The notes beneath the pieces are model-generated. The model saw nothing but the letters and a program-made list of their open reading frames with translations, did no database searches and was not told the origin of the DNA. A stretch of 55,258 nt of DNA, counting the filler, from Sphacelaria rigidula (taxonomy: Eukaryota): assembly GCA_964200075.2 (NCBI GenBank). It is 4 parts of 4 records of this genome, joined end to end, with 100 filler letters (N's around TTAATTAATTAA, not from the genome) between each part and the next. Parts side by side here need not be neighbours in the genome. Positions count along the whole stretch, not along the records: positions 1 to 13,741 come from CAXNAA020002692.1; 3 more parts are not named here. One strand, written 5' to 3'. Shown here in pieces: positions 1 to 13,741 of this stretch; within the stretch, counting starts at the first letter, position 1; each line of letters opens with the position of its first letter. A program made the position numbers and the translations under genes.

Positions 1-51
1 GACTATGGCGTGCATAATCATAGATACACCCCACCCCACCTCTCCCTTGAA

Positions 52-590
52 GAGGGGGGGGGGGGCGTACTCATTTGTTGCTTGCCTAAGGGGTGGCATC
101 GGTTTGCAACGACGCTGTAAAACACGCCACTCACTGCGAAGCTACGCAACCAGGTTACCGTTTTCTCCCTCGCCTGCGTTATATGTGGTGACGATGATGG
201 TTGAGTCAGATTATATTGTGCGGGGTGGAGAACCTCAACTCCGCGCAAAGGGATGATAGTAATACACTGCGTTCGAATGGTGAGGCACCCGTGAGGTAAT
301 GTAAGCCGTGGCTACCTTTAGAAGTGGCGATACCAGAAAATGAAGCAACTCACTCGAGGCTGCCCATCACATGCAAGATAATCAATACGCTTCGGGCCGA
401 AAATCTCAGCAGCATGCAGGCCACCCCTCATGCGAATCACCGAACACATCACGGCGGTTCGCGCTTGGTGATTGCGAGCCTGGTCCGGCGAAAGCCCACC
501 TTGCTCCGTCCAGGCTTTGCAGGGATGCGAGGTCAATGGTTTTATGGCTACTGCATGCAAGATAATGAGTAGCCCCCTCCCCCACATACA
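52..590. mobile_element. Dispersed repeat family R (begins G-run-CGTACTCAT), composite copy
   Basis: 90-590 is collinear with ~33280-33700. The GGGGCGTACTCATTTGTTGCTT head also occurs at 3815-3920, 28762, 29203 and 32880-32960 (-). Confidence 0.8.
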
Positions 591-3500
591 CACACGAAGT
601 ACCGTTTAACCTCGTATTGCCTCGGAAACACCGAATTCGGAAGTATTTCTCGTGCACGAGCATGTCCACCAATCCCCGGAACTTTTGGGTGTAGAGAAAA
701 AAAAGCGTTGCGAAAAACTCTTGATGAGGTGAATTCTCCGTTCCAACGTTAATTACGAGACGGTTCAGCAGTGCCTCTGTTCGCCACTGCTCCGTGGGTG
801 TTCTACAGACAGTACGTGGCAACGGTGTGTTAGTTTGGAAACTTACCTCGTGATGTCTCTTCTCGACATTAGACAGCTGATGTGCCCCAAGACCAGGTAG
901 GACTGAAACATGAAGGCAAGGCAAAGCGAGGCAATGCGAAGCAAGGCAAGGCGTGGCATGGGAAAGGCGAAGGCGAGAACGACGCAAGGGGGGAGACGTG
1001 AGCAAGATAGCTGATGGGGTTTATATCAACTCGCCCCGTATTTGGTCTCTCGCCCCGGTGGGGTATGGCATTGATCGATCAATTAATTGATCAATCGATT
1101 ATGTTGTAGTGAAGTGATCCTCGGAGGATCCAGAGGTAACCATTACCCACAAGATAGACGTCCCCAAAGGTAAACAAAATGGAAACCTATACTTGCAACA
1201 ACAAAAAAACTCGATACAACCGGGGGGGGGGAGCGAAGCAAGATAAAAAAAAGTGAGCTAAAGCGAAAACCAAGGGCAAAAATAAACAACACGGGGGAAA
1301 AAACGAAAAGAAAAGAAAGAAGATGAAAGGAGAGGGTAATGACACGCTAGACAATGCCGATAAAATAACAGTGATGATGACAATGCGCAAGAAATGACCG
1401 GCCCCTGAGGCATAGCGCCAGGTGCAGAAGGCTGCCCTCCCAGAGGAGAAAGAATCCCATAAGCAACCGCAACCGACCTAATGGAGGCGGTAACTTTCCG
1501 GGGGTGCAAAATATGCGGCGAGAATACGCTGTGATCGCTACATCGCTTCAGGCCGTTCGAATATGTTCAAGGTGGGCCGGGCAATCCTTGTGGGGATGCA
1601 CAGGTCGCGTCTGAACCCAAACTTCGGTGACAATTTTTCAAGTAAGAAACAACGAAAACAATTCCAGCGGACAGTTAATTATGCCCCCCCCCCCCCATTT
1701 TTCCACTCCTTTACTCTGTCATCGTTTTCTCGCCCGTCCCATTGCAACAATTTAGGAACCGAAAATTTTTTCCTACAAAATGGAAAAAGCGACCAGACCA
1801 GTGAACGGTAACATACGAGGTGCCATGATGGTTTCGTAGCGACCACGTATGCACTGCGGCTAGACACCTCAAGGTAGGATGTATACAGCACTACAACAAC
1901 GTGTGCATTGCTCACGATACAAAAGCACGCGCACTGAAATGCAGCTCTTGGTTGACTGGGAAAGGTATACCCTTTCTGGGTTGAATCCAGTAAGAACTGA
2001 AGGAGAACCTTGCTTTCTTCGGGGATTTAAGGTCCAAATGCCAACCCCTCCCTTCCTCAAGGGGTCAACCCATCTCTTCCTCGGCATCTACCGTGCAATT
2101 TATTGCCGAGCAGTGCATCATGCCCATGAGCACTCGTGCAACCCGTCGACTCTCATAGGATTTTGGAAGTTGTCTTTTATAGGGTATGATGTTTTGCATA
2201 CCCGAGGTATTCACCCGCGTAATACCCGTGGGCCTCTTATGCCGGGGACTTCCACTTTTGTTGGACATGTACGAATTTTCCACCTCTACCCGGGGTACGG
2301 GTGTACCCTTGAAGAAACACCCTGTTGCGGGTAAGGGTTGCTGTACAATCTCCATATTGTACCGTACCCGACAGGTTCTGAGAGTTCTGCAAGATTTCCA
2401 TATCGGTATCCAACAGTTTTGTAAGTCCATACCCTACCGAATATACCCGCACCCCATAGAATGATAGCTTGGATTGCAATGCAGCTCTTGGTTGACTGGG
2501 TTCGCACGCGTTCCACGACGGACACTAGTGAAATAATTAGACCGTCACAGCTGTCGGGATCCGAACGCACTACCACTACTCCGCTCAAACTCGCCGATGA
2601 TGAGTCAGTTCGACCGTTGGGGCGTGGCGGTCATGTACGTTGTATCGGCACTTTTCGCGGGGTTTGAAATCCGAGTAAGGAGGGACTGTGGAAGCAACTC
2701 GCACATGCCACCGAGGCAGATGTGATCCCATGGCGAAGACATTGGGCAAAACAGGTCGGTGGGCGACGAGTCCTGCAGGGGGGTGGTTGTCCGCGCTGCA
2801 GTAATGCCGGTACAGACTCTCCGCAACAACAAACGCAGCATTTATTTCAAAGGGTCAAGCTTCTAGAATTTTGAAGGACGTCGTCTACTCTCATGAACAT
2901 GAGGACCCTATCGAAAGAGGATTCACGCGATTGCATCCATGAACCCACCGAAACGAAGTGCCTATAAGGTCAAAGCCTGGGGAAGATCTTGTCCTTGGCA
3001 CATCTCTACTCGTCTGCTCGTGCTTAGAGTGTATGCTTATGGTACAGGCTATACCCCTTTCTGACCACGACAAATTTCGACCACTGCAAGCTTTCCTCCA
3101 CTTTCAAGGACTCCTCGTACTTGGGGAGCCCTGAGGCGTACATCACGACGGAGATGGCATCGTATCACCGACAGGAGAAAATCCTGAAAAGACCTTCCAA
3201 AAGCGTAACGGCTATTCTAGACTAGGATTTTACAGACCAGTTTCGTCGACTTTCACCTCAGCATGTGCACCTCAGATTACTCATGCTACAGGAAACTAAA
3301 TCTCTCCACAGTTTCGAACCCCTCCGTGGACCCCTAATGCACATGCCCATATCTATGTCCATGTCCATATCCATATCTCAACCATCGTGTGTAGGGGTAG
3401 CGCAAAGGGGCCAGGCAGTCACCGGTGCGTCACCTCTGAAATGGTGAACCTGTTGGAGATTCAGCAGCCCTATCCAACATCATGATGCACCGATTGTTGG

Positions 3501-3954
3501 ATACAAACTGTCACCGGTGATGAGCTGTGCTCGGCTGTGCGACGATCCTGACGGCGCGTGAGTTGTGGCCGCTGCCAAACCCAGCTGCGGTTGGAAAATG
3601 ACAAGCACGACGATACAATCCGTGCGCTTGATCGCCCGATATCGGCACTCATCGCGTCGGTCGTTTTTGTACCGTTCGACCCGTGGAATCGAGCTAAACA
3701 CCTCTCATTACCCAGTCTTATGAAGTGGGCAGGACACACTTGAGATATCGCAGACTATTGCGGTGCACTCCTTGCCCGACGTCGTACACTCCGGCGAGCA
3801 TCGTTTCCGGGAGGGGGAGCGGCGTACTCATTTGTTGCTTATCCTAGTCGTTTGGCCGTCAACCACGCATCCCTTTCGAGACGAAGCGCCGTTCCTACTC
3901 CTGATAGAGACACCTCTAACATTTGGGCGTTCACTACGCTTGATCCCGGGAGGG

Positions 3955-3956
<2 letters not shown>

Positions 3957-3987
<31 letters not shown>
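3957..3987. repeat. (GT)n microsatellite
   Basis: Directly visible. Other microsatellites are (TA)n at ~27216-27246 and (GCT)n at ~42942-42969. Confidence 0.95.
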
Positions 3988-3989
<2 letters not shown>

Positions 3990-4214
3990 TGACGACAAGG
4001 AAAAGTGGGGAGTGGTCGACGCAACACCGCGTAGGCACATAGGTCAGATACTAAAGGTTCATCCCCGAAATAGTGCGGTCGTGGTAGATGGGCTCCAATC
4101 TTCGCCTACGGACTTCTGTGTTTCACGACAGGGTATGAGTGTGATTCTACGCAAGACCTTTTCCACCGAAGCCAAGTGGCAGACGTCGGTCGATTCTGAT
4201 TTTGTTTTTGTTCT

Positions 4215-4375
4215 TGTTAGTCTACTCTGTTTTTCTGTTCTATTTTTTTGTTTTCCTCTTTTTTACTTTCAGCGAGTGTTTTGGTTTTGTCTTGATCCGG
4301 GTACGTGTATCATGTGACCATGGCTGGATCCCTGGAAGGTCCGTTAAAGTGCGACGATCAATCAAATCAATAAAA
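4215..4375 (+). mobile_element. Short retroposon family C (T-rich 5' part, ends AAGTGCGAC plus (CAAT)n tail)
   Basis: Homologous copies at ~1068-1190 (-), 19352-19451/19920-19970 (-), 28305-28445 (+) and 29865-29990 (-) share GCGAGTGTTT...GGGTACGTCTATCATG...GGCTGGA.CCCTGG and a CAAT microsatellite tail. Confidence 0.7.
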
Positions 4376-4459
4376 AGCCAAACTACTGCACAACCACTGG
4401 AGGTTGCAGCATGACATGCCTTGCATACCTTCTTGTTCACTTAATGAATATTGTAAACC

Positions 4460-4720
4460 GCCGCGCCCCAGTGGTTGGACTGGTCTCAGTGGCACATGTC
4501 AAACCAAGGCGAGTATGGGGTTCGACTCCTAGCAGGTATGAAATTATCACACCCTGGACGATAGATGACATTGTTATGACTAATTAACATCTGATTTCTG
4601 TCGTCGGAAATATATGGACTTGAGTAAGAAAGAGAATGCAGCACGAAGAAAAACCGCCGAGAGATTTCGACGCGATGCGGGATTGTTTGGTCATGATCCA
4701 ATCCGCATTTTCAAAACGTC
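4460..4720 (+). mobile_element. Probable tRNA-headed SINE (other family)
   Basis: TGGTCTCAGTGG...GGGGTTCGACTCC boxes without a complete cloverleaf. A similar head lies at ~15110-15197 (-), with weak shared body motifs (TCTGATTTCTG, TTCGACGCG). Boundaries are approximate. Confidence 0.45.
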
Positions 4721-7700
4721 AGGTATGTATTGGGTTTATCGCTTGCGACTACGGACACCTCCCGGGGAAGGAGAGGGGGAGGGTTGCAAGTACACTATTA
4801 CAGGACGGTTTAACAATTCGAAGGCTCCTGGTAGGCCAAGAAACAATTTCACGACTAGCGCCACAGCAAGGGATGCACGAAAATATTTGCCTATGTCACA
4901 CTGTTCGCTTGCTCGTGGGGTCACCATGATACCAAATATGTTTTGATCGGGTCACTTTTGCGTTCCTATATCATCTAGTGGGGAATAATCTTTGGGCAAT
5001 CACCCTGAACCATCCTGTACAGCATACCGTTACTGTTGTAGTTGTAACGTTCAGTTGACGCACGCCCGTCTGTTGGCATCTTAAATGTTAACATCAATCG
5101 GCAACGATCGTTGTTCAATATGACGTCTGTACATGGCCGATAGCCAACATGCATATGGAAGACGTCGCTAATCTACATGTAGTCACGACACACCAATAGC
5201 AGACCATCATGAAGCGCCAGCAGGCAGACCTGAAAGCATGACGAGAGCCATAGAATGTACAGTATATCGTGCTACAGCACATGCACACGTTCGCCTCTTG
5301 AAATTGAATCGGTACGGCATTCCGAAAGGGTTTCCACACCGGCTTTCATGACACGGGGGAGATTCCGTTGCCGTTCGTGTCCGATGTCACGTTTCTTCAC
5401 TCCGGACGCACGATATGTGTGGTGGGGGCTGGGGAGAAGTCTTTTTTCGAGACTACTCTAAATTTAGGGTAAAAGTAGACCCCTCTAATTACCTGCAGAT
5501 TTGTAAATTTGCAGATTTGCGTCTTCGTTTTATTTCTCGCTGATTCGACGTCGTTTTTTCGTTTTCCCGCACGTGTGATGCGTGCAAAAAGCTACCCATC
5601 CATCAACAGTATGCGCGAATTGGAGGACACAGATACGTGCGTAATTAATCCACCCACCCGACCCACGAACCCTTCCAACCCAACCTTACAAAATCAGAAC
5701 TCTCGAATTGGACAGATCCACCAACCAACCCAAATCACCCATGTGCTCCGCACCACACCGCACCCAAACCCGATCCAACCCCCAACCCATCAAGCCCACC
5801 CAACCCCCAGCATTGACGCCTGTTTTGTCACAGACGTATTTTTTAGTATTTTTACAAGCGAACAATTCCGGCGTGTGCCACTTGCGTGATGCTTGTTGTG
5901 ACTATTATGGATTATAAGGTTGCGTGACCGCAGCGCTCTGGTGGTGTAATGGTAGTGCTCGCGAGCAAAAAGGAGCTGCGCAGCCATAATATACGTCGCG
6001 GTTTCTGGCGTGGACCGTCAGCTGGGGGCATATTGTTCCGACAAGAGTTCTGATGCCCAAGAGGTCGACCGATGTGTGTGGCAAAGGCGTGACAAGCACG
6101 GACCGTCATACTTACATGGAGGCGTCGTCTCTGCCGCCATAACAATGATTCCGAACTCCCGGTGAGGAAAAAAAAAACGGCCTTATAGTGCATGAGAGCT
6201 AGCGGAGTGAGGCCGTAGGCTCCCACCCCCCCCGTAGGTCTCCTCAGAAAAGCTATGACACATTTGGGGGTGGAACAGCTGTTTTTCCAAAATCAAAACG
6301 CCGTTTTACATGAACGTGTGGATATCGGGCATTTGTACAGGAATAGGCGTTGGAGAAACCCTGAACCCTGACCCACCTTTATACACAAGTCAAGTGCATG
6401 TGGATATACGTCTTCGCTGGGCTGTTTTTTCGTGGGGTACATGCTTCCAAGCTTTGCAAGTGGTGCACGCTGGCAGCTGCCACCGCTGCGGTGTATGTAA
6501 ACAGCATACATGCATCCTCTGCTCCTCTGCACGCTTTCGCAGTCCTGCTACCTTCAGGAGCGTGTTTCGGTCTTGCACGCATGTGACATTGTCCCAACTG
6601 CACTTGCTTTGTCGTCGTCTCTGTACTGCTGCTACTGCTACTACTACCACTCTAACGCACACACGAACGTTTCCCATCAGCGTATGACTACCACGGTGCG
6701 GAACATTCAGCGTGTCATTGCTGCATTGCTGTCCCCTAAGCGAAGTCTGCTGCACGATGTTGATATTTCTGCTTAGGGTTCCACAACAGTACACAGTGTG
6801 GAGTTATGTTGAGAGTACGAGAGGGGTCAGGTGGGGGGCAAAACGATTGACAGGACAAAAAGAATGGCGCCTTTGCCTGAGCTATTTAACGGTTGAACGG
6901 TCGTTATCAAAATGGTCGAGTACGGCTCCGTTCCGAGTCAGGCAATATGGAGGTCATACGTTGGGGGAAAAGTGGTCAAATCGTAATATGGTCACAATTA
7001 AATGATCACTCACGTCCTTCCGGGCTTAGTTTCCGGCTCAGACTCTTCCCCTGGAACTTCCAAACACGCATGGTTGATACCGTGAGCTACTCAGTTGCTC
7101 TGGGAACAGACGCCCCCCCGCCCCGCAGGTGAACTGAGTTGGACTATGCCACTTTTTGGGTTCAGAATCATTCCTTTGTCACGACACAAAACGCTTACTC
7201 TACAGTGGACGGGCCCGGGGGTGTATAAAAGGCAAACAATTGTAAAAGCCGCAACACAGGCGCCTGCTAACAGTACAACAGTGGTGTGGATCTGAAGTAC
7301 TGCTATTACGCCGCATAAACGTGCACAATAGTCTCTAGTGTTTTGTGCCGCGGCTGCACGTAGGTCTGGGGCGTACTAGATCTTACAGCTTTGCACGTGT
7401 TGAGGGTACGCAGCGTGGGTGTGGGATTTCGCACCATGACTATCGTTGCGAACACGTTTACAGTACGTGCCGCGCTCATCGGCGCAGTGTCGCTTGGACG
7501 GTTTGTACTGAGAGCACAGGGCAACACGCATCCGCTGGCACTGAGTCGCGGGCAGTACAGGGTTTTACCCTCTCCCGCAGGCACCGAGACCTTCGGGGGA
7601 CGAATGAAAATGCATTCTCCGACCGTTGTGCGTGGCGTCAACTATATGAACAGTGCGACCAGGAACGTGTAAACTCCCATTCTAGAGGTATCTCAAACTC

Positions 7701-10700
7701 GAGGTTCCCGGTATATTTGACTTTAAATTACTGTCTAAGATATGCCTCTTCTACTAATTCCGAATCATGTCCACATCCGTTCATTTCCCGACAGGAATTT
7801 TTCACCCAAACGGTTGTAACCTCCGGGAAGAATGATGTTTTCTTATTCAGGATCGAAATAGCGCCATATTGCGACCGGAGGGTGCATTAGCACTTCATAA
7901 TTACTGCGTTTGTTGCACGTTCCCACAACCCATCCTCAAAAATAACTGCTCCCGCAAATCATCAAGCCCCCTGTCATTTGCTCCCGATACTGCTGAAATA
8001 GCACGCGGTGGCCTCCGCGACGCTGATTTCCTCGAATGTGCTGCGTATCGCCATGATGGTTTGATTCCGTGCGAACATGCAATTATTTCTGCGGGCAATA
8101 TGGCTGACACCATCACCACAACTTTTCTTTGGATTAGAGACCTTCACCACAGGGGGCAAATTATGACCTAGAATGAAAGCAAGTCTCCGAATAACGGAGT
8201 CTCAGCCGATGCCCCGGCGGGGGACCTCCCCGCCTGGGGAGGGGGCGGGGCATTCTTCAAGAGAGGTACCTTCCACGGCTGTGCTAATTTCGCGCCGGAT
8301 TGCGCCGACAACAAGCCGGCACACTAACCCGGTCGATGCGTACCCGAAAATGATCCGCATCGTCCATGTCTAACAGTCGCTCACCGGGCACACGACATCG
8401 GATAGTCGCCATTCGGAAAGTGAAAAACTTCGAAGGCGAGACGGACGCTCACCAACCACTGGAACCCCCGTCACTTAGAGGTCACAGAAGCCGCTAAGAA
8501 AACATCTGAACACGCGTCAGGGCCACTCGCACGTTGGCGGAGTAACCCGCCCGGTGGAGGAACCCTTCGTGCGTGCCGCAGCAAAGCACGATGATACGCG
8601 AGCACCCGGATGCCAAAAGTGCACAAATGAATAAGCTCGTATCATGCAACGATTGTTACTGAAATAACGCACAGGTCGTCTATGGATCAAGCAGAGGCGA
8701 CGCAAAACCTTCGTCGTTAAAGAACCGGTCTCTGAGCTGTCGCTTCGGCGGGTATCATCGTGCACCGACATCTAAGTCCTACGACAAGAACAAAACAAAA
8801 CACCAAACCGAAAACTCCAACGGGTCATACGCATATGTGTAGACCTCATCACCACAGGTATGAAGCACACACCCCCAGCCCCTAGGAGACCAAAATACAC
8901 CTTTAAAGTCACAGACACAGACAGCAAGAAAGACTCACGGAGAAATAAGGCTAAAAAATACGAAGAGGGACAAGAAGGACAAAACGAATTCAAAACGCCG
9001 AACACCGCGCCACAGTGGATAACTGAACCACGCAATACGAGGCGCCTCGTACCCAGAACCCACGGCCCACGTCCGCGATTCAGTGGGCCAAACAGGGATA
9101 CATTTTGCACGATGTGCGCCGAATTTATCACACGAGTACTCCGGCCCGGAGTGCAACACATCCTCAAACTCCGACAGCAGCCGTTCTCGGGGTTCGCTGC
9201 CACCCCCAACACCATAATGCGTCGGCGTCGACATGTGGATACGACGAATTTACCACGACCGGAGAGGGATATATGATTCACCGTGAAAGGCGGGTAGGAG
9301 CCATCACCCCAACTCCCGGGGGGTCAGACTATCGTGCATCTCAAGTGAGGTTTAACCCCCCTCCGTCGATTCATCACGGAGTTGTCACACCCTCCACAAC
9401 AACAGCGTGGAGGCTTTCCGTACACGCCTGACTAATCCCCACGACCCCCCGTCCCACAGCTTGGCGAAAGCCTCGCGTACCGCCGACGGAATCTCTCCAT
9501 CCCCGACCCACAGCGCAAGGCATGCCTCGGTGAAACAGTCCCGCCGAGGTGTCTGCACACTCCGTCCATGTGCTCCGAGCGATTTCGTTGCCCTGAAAGC
9601 CGCCTGCAAAAGGAGTCAAGGGTTAGAGATGACGGACGCGGTACGGACACGACAGGCGCAATGAAAAATTGAAGACAGAAATAAACGCAATTTTGAAAGG
9701 CGGGGGTGGCTGTGAACAGCGCGAGTATTGTGTGCATCGCCGGAGGCGCGGCGCGGATACAATGTGCACGACAGCGGCGCATGCACAATGTGCGCCGGCC
9801 GCGACCTTATGTCGCCGGAATAGCAGGTATGAACAGCACTTGGTGTGAGGGATGGGCGCCGAAGTACGCAGAGGCAAGAGGTAGGGTTCACGCCATACCA
9901 CGGAGACGGCGAAGACGAGAAAAACTGTGAATGCGAACCGCGGTTCGACAGAAAACTCCTCGCATCGCGAGTGCAATACTACTGCCGCGCCCTAGTGGTG
10001 GCATGGGGCTTTCGTCACCAGTGGGATGGACGAAATTTGGATTCCATCCCCCAAGGTTTGTCTTCTTTACTTTGTGCATGTGAGCTCCCAACTTCATTCG
10101 GATATCAGTTGTATCGACAAATACATGACCCGATCGCGCAGCTCTACTAGAAGACACGAGTACTTTCGCACGCGATGTCAGTGCTGTACACGGATATTAG
10201 GGGCTTTCACAAGAGCTTTCGAACGAAAATACATGTGCGAAACGCCGCTTTCACCAGACCGTCAAAATAATTATACATCATTATTTCCGCACAGTGTTCG
10301 AGCGTAGGGGCGAAGCACTTGGTGGTCGTCTAGCCATCGAGAACACGCTTTGACGGAGGCGTTCATGGCAGTTCGCGCGCCGATGGTACAACGTGCTGAG
10401 TGAGTGTCTTGCCGCATTCTTCTTCGATCGAAATAAGGGGTGATGTGATTAGGTTTAGCGCAATCCGCTCATTTTCTCTCGAGTTGGGTCGAATCGCATT
10501 TTCAAGCTTTCTATCGGAAAAGGAAGGTAAACTTCGTGAAGCGGTATATGGTCGCTGGTAAACAATACAGACAGTCCATACCGTCTGCACTGTTGTCTGC
10601 ACTGGTTGCATGCAGTGTGTGTCGAGTTCGCGTCTGCGTGTTTCGTGCAGCAGGATATGAAAGAGGAGCGGGCAACATGTAAAACTTTCAGCGCAGCACC

Positions 10701-10894
10701 ATCTGTTCTCTCTGTCTACAATACGGCGTAAAAAGGTCCCGGACAACGCGCAGCTTTGTACATGCCTTGTGTTCATGACCGCGTCCGCGAGCGGGTTGAC
10801 CACCCTCCCAAGCCGTTCTAACGACGAAAAAAGATGGCCGAGCTTTCACCCGTCGGACGAGCACGAGTATGACTCGTGGCACTCGCACTCGTTG

Positions 10895-11125
10895 GGGTGC
10901 TCGTGGTGGGAAAAATTAGTTGGGCGAGTACTCGAGTTATTGTTCGTGGTGGAAAAAATGAATAGGGCGAGTACTCGAGTCAATTGCTCGTGGTTGGAAA
11001 AGTGAATAGGGCGAGAACTCAAGTCATCGGTAGTGGAGGAAAAATATTTGACTCGAGCACGCGAGTCATGCTCGTGGTGAAAAAATAGGCGTCTCGTGCA
11101 CACAAGCCATGCTCGTGGTGTTTCA
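10895..11125. repeat. Degenerate ~43-bp minisatellite (TGCTCGTGGTGGAAAAA...GGGCGAGTACTCGAGT)
   Basis: Five to six head-to-tail units, with no unique spacers. Confidence 0.8.
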
Positions 11126-11189
11126 AAACAACATTTACACAGCCATACCCAACTACTGCAGTGCAAGGTTTCCACGTGTGCAAGTTTTT

Positions 11190-12600
11190 CGATGACAATA
11201 TAACAATTAATTTATCTATCTTTTTCGCCGTTGAAGAGCATTGGACGCAGGTGCACTTTTTGTCATTTTTTTCACTTGATTTTAGAGTACAGCAAAGTAC
11301 AGCGAAGTACAGCGAATTGGGGTCGTCGTTCTGTCAACCTCTGAAACGTTTTCGGCTTTTATTTCGATAGACATTTCGCTTCAGGTCGATTCGGGAGCAT
11401 TGCTTTCATCGTTTCCTTGGCAGTGTTCTGCATGGTGTTTTCATCCATTTCGTTCCGCCGCCTTTTCCTTGCCGTGGAGGTAGACCCGACCCTTCGTTCG
11501 TCGACCCTTCGTCCACGTCACACGGTATACAGGCCTTCCAATCGCTCCGCCGTTCTTGGTCAGAATTCCAGAACGTTCACATAAGCTCTGAAAACCGAGC
11601 ATTTCCCCGTACTATAGTGAGTCGCGAAGTTTTCCGTGTGTACAGACCAGAACACAGAACAGAACGTCTCTGCTATCATGAGTCGAGGACTTTCCCAGCG
11701 GCTCTGCCCGGTCAAGCATTACCTGACTTCACAGTATCACAGTATCACAGTATCACAGTATACGTTTTCCTCTTCCATTCCGCTAAACATTTCGCTTCAG
11801 GAGGTTTCAGGAGCATCGCTTTCCTGGCAGTGTTTTGCGTAGTACTTTCATCCAATTTATATTCATAACCGTTCCGTCGTTTTTTCCACCGCACACAGGC
11901 CTCCCAATCGCTCCGCTTTTTTTGGTCGGAATCCCAGAACGTTCCCAGAAGCTCTGAGAACCGAGCATTTCCCTTCACTTGATTATACACAGGGCAGAAC
12001 GTCTCTGCTATCATGAGTCGTGGACTTTCCCAGCGTCTCTCGTGGATTTTCCCAGCGTCTCTCGTGGATTTTCCCAGCGTCTCTGCCCGGTTCTCTCAAC
12101 CTCTTGTAAGCATTACCTGATTTCACAGGATCACAGTATTTCCGCTTTCATTCCGCTAGACATTTCGCTTCAGAAGGTTTCTTTTGCAGAGTATTTTCAT
12201 TCATTTCATATCCATAACCGTTCCGCCGTTTTTCCATCGCACACAGGCCTCTCAATCGCTCCGCTTTTTTTGGTCGGAATCCCAGAACGTTCCCAGGAGC
12301 TCTGAGAACCGAGCATTTCCCCTTACTTAACCCCTAGACCGCGAGGTTAGTCTTCTGTTGAATCGGCATCAATTTCAAGTGAAAATATCAATTATATCAT
12401 TAATCTTTTTCGCCGTTAAAGAGTATTTCATATTTTTCACTTGATTTTGGAGTACCTTTTTTCGTGCCCATTTCATTCTCCCAGGAGCTCTGAGAAGCCA
12501 GTATTGCCTCTTACTTGATTTTAGAGTACACCGAAACGGGGTCATATCGTTCTTTCAACCTCTGAGAACGCAGCATTGCCTCTTGCTTGATTTCACACAC
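11190..12600. repeat. Composite tandem repeat: three ~370-420-bp units bracketed by a direct repeat
   Basis: ACATTTCGCTTCAG...ACAGGCCT..CAATCGCTCCGC...CAGAACGTTC..AGCTCTGA.AACCGAGCATTTCCC at ~11371, 11788 and 12160. 11195-11350 resembles 12385-12570. Confidence 0.85.
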
Positions 12601-12936
12601 GTTTTTCATGTCAGCATCTTCGCTTTCATTCTGCTAGTCATGCGTTTGGAGGGTTTGAAGTGCGAACACTCTATTATACTCTATAAGCTTTCCGCGCTCT
12701 GTGGCGTGGTGAGGAAGTTCCTACGGGTTCCGTTTGACCGTTCCAGATGCCACCTGTCATCATGAGCCGCGAACTGCTTTTTCCAACTTCATGTGTACCC
12801 TGGGATAATGGCAAAAACACTTGCGGCTAGTCAGTGCCGCATGACCACGGCCCCGACCGTGGTGCAACTCGGGTCACACTTTCAATCCAAGCCAGCACAA
12901 CCAACGTAGGGTATAGTAGTACAACAGTATCATGTC

Positions 12937-13741
12937 GCACTCTCTCTCATCTCTCATCTCTTACTACTCGTCGCGTGGTCGAGTCTGCGTGACTTGCCAC
13001 TGCCGGCTCGGAAACGAAAATGCTTTGTCTTCATTATTCAAAATTTGAAGATTCTATAGTCGCTTACTTCCATTCTCCATCCATGTATGATACACACCGA
13101 CAAATTATCAAGGGAAAAGAGTAGGTGCTGCTTTGTGTACCTGGAGAAGAACGACCGAGGTAGAGAGCGTGGCGTGTACCGGGACAGACAACATCATGGC
13201 GATCATACCATGTTCTGCTGTTCGTTACTTTTGTTTAGTCCATCGCTACCACCATGTGCGCTGCGCCGTCTCAACAGCAAAGTGGGTGATGGCCTACAGA
13301 CAGGACTGTACACATGGCAATGTACTGTATGTACACGGGAGCCCAAACAAAACAACAGTACAGACAGTGCAGTCATCTTTATTTCTGTCCTCCCGCTGTG
13401 TTCCCCTCTTCGTCCATCAGGACTACTGAAGGATCAGATTCCACCAAAGCTCAGGGAAACGTGACCCCTTTTTACCGTCAGGGTGGACATTTCGAAGTAA
13501 AAATTGTTCCGGAAAAACAGAGGACCCACCCTCGTTGTGACACGTTCTCCATGTTTTTCAAAGAGCGGACGGATGCTGTCGAGATGGCACGGCGCACATG
13601 GCGTTACTCACACACAGTGAAATACCACGTAATCTTTCAATTTGAAGTAATCAACACAAAGCATTTTTGTTTCCGAGCTGGCAGTGGCAAGTCACGCAGA
13701 CTCGACCACGCGACGAGTAGTGAGAGATGGGAGAGAGTGCG
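12937..13741. mobile_element. Element bounded by ~115-bp inverted repeats (MITE, or two inverted retroposon 3' ends)
   Basis: 12937-13053 (CGCACTCTCTC...ACTACTCGTCGCGTGGTCGAGTCTGCGTGACTTGCCACTGCC...) is the reverse complement of 13631-13741. The right end runs into the contig end. Confidence 0.8.

Noticed and set aside
6390-6630. Cys-rich minus-strand frame resembling a piggyBac C-terminal domain
   Set aside because: Cys/His spacing only fits with assumed frameshifts, and no catalytic domain is nearby.
9385-9609. Possible minus-strand exon after a ttttgcAG acceptor
   Set aside because: All three frames are open, with no recognisable homology, no clear donor and no partner exons.
10895-11125. 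Regularly spaced repeats resembling a CRISPR array
   Set aside because: Units are head-to-tail and degenerate with no unique spacers; eukaryotic context and no cas genes.
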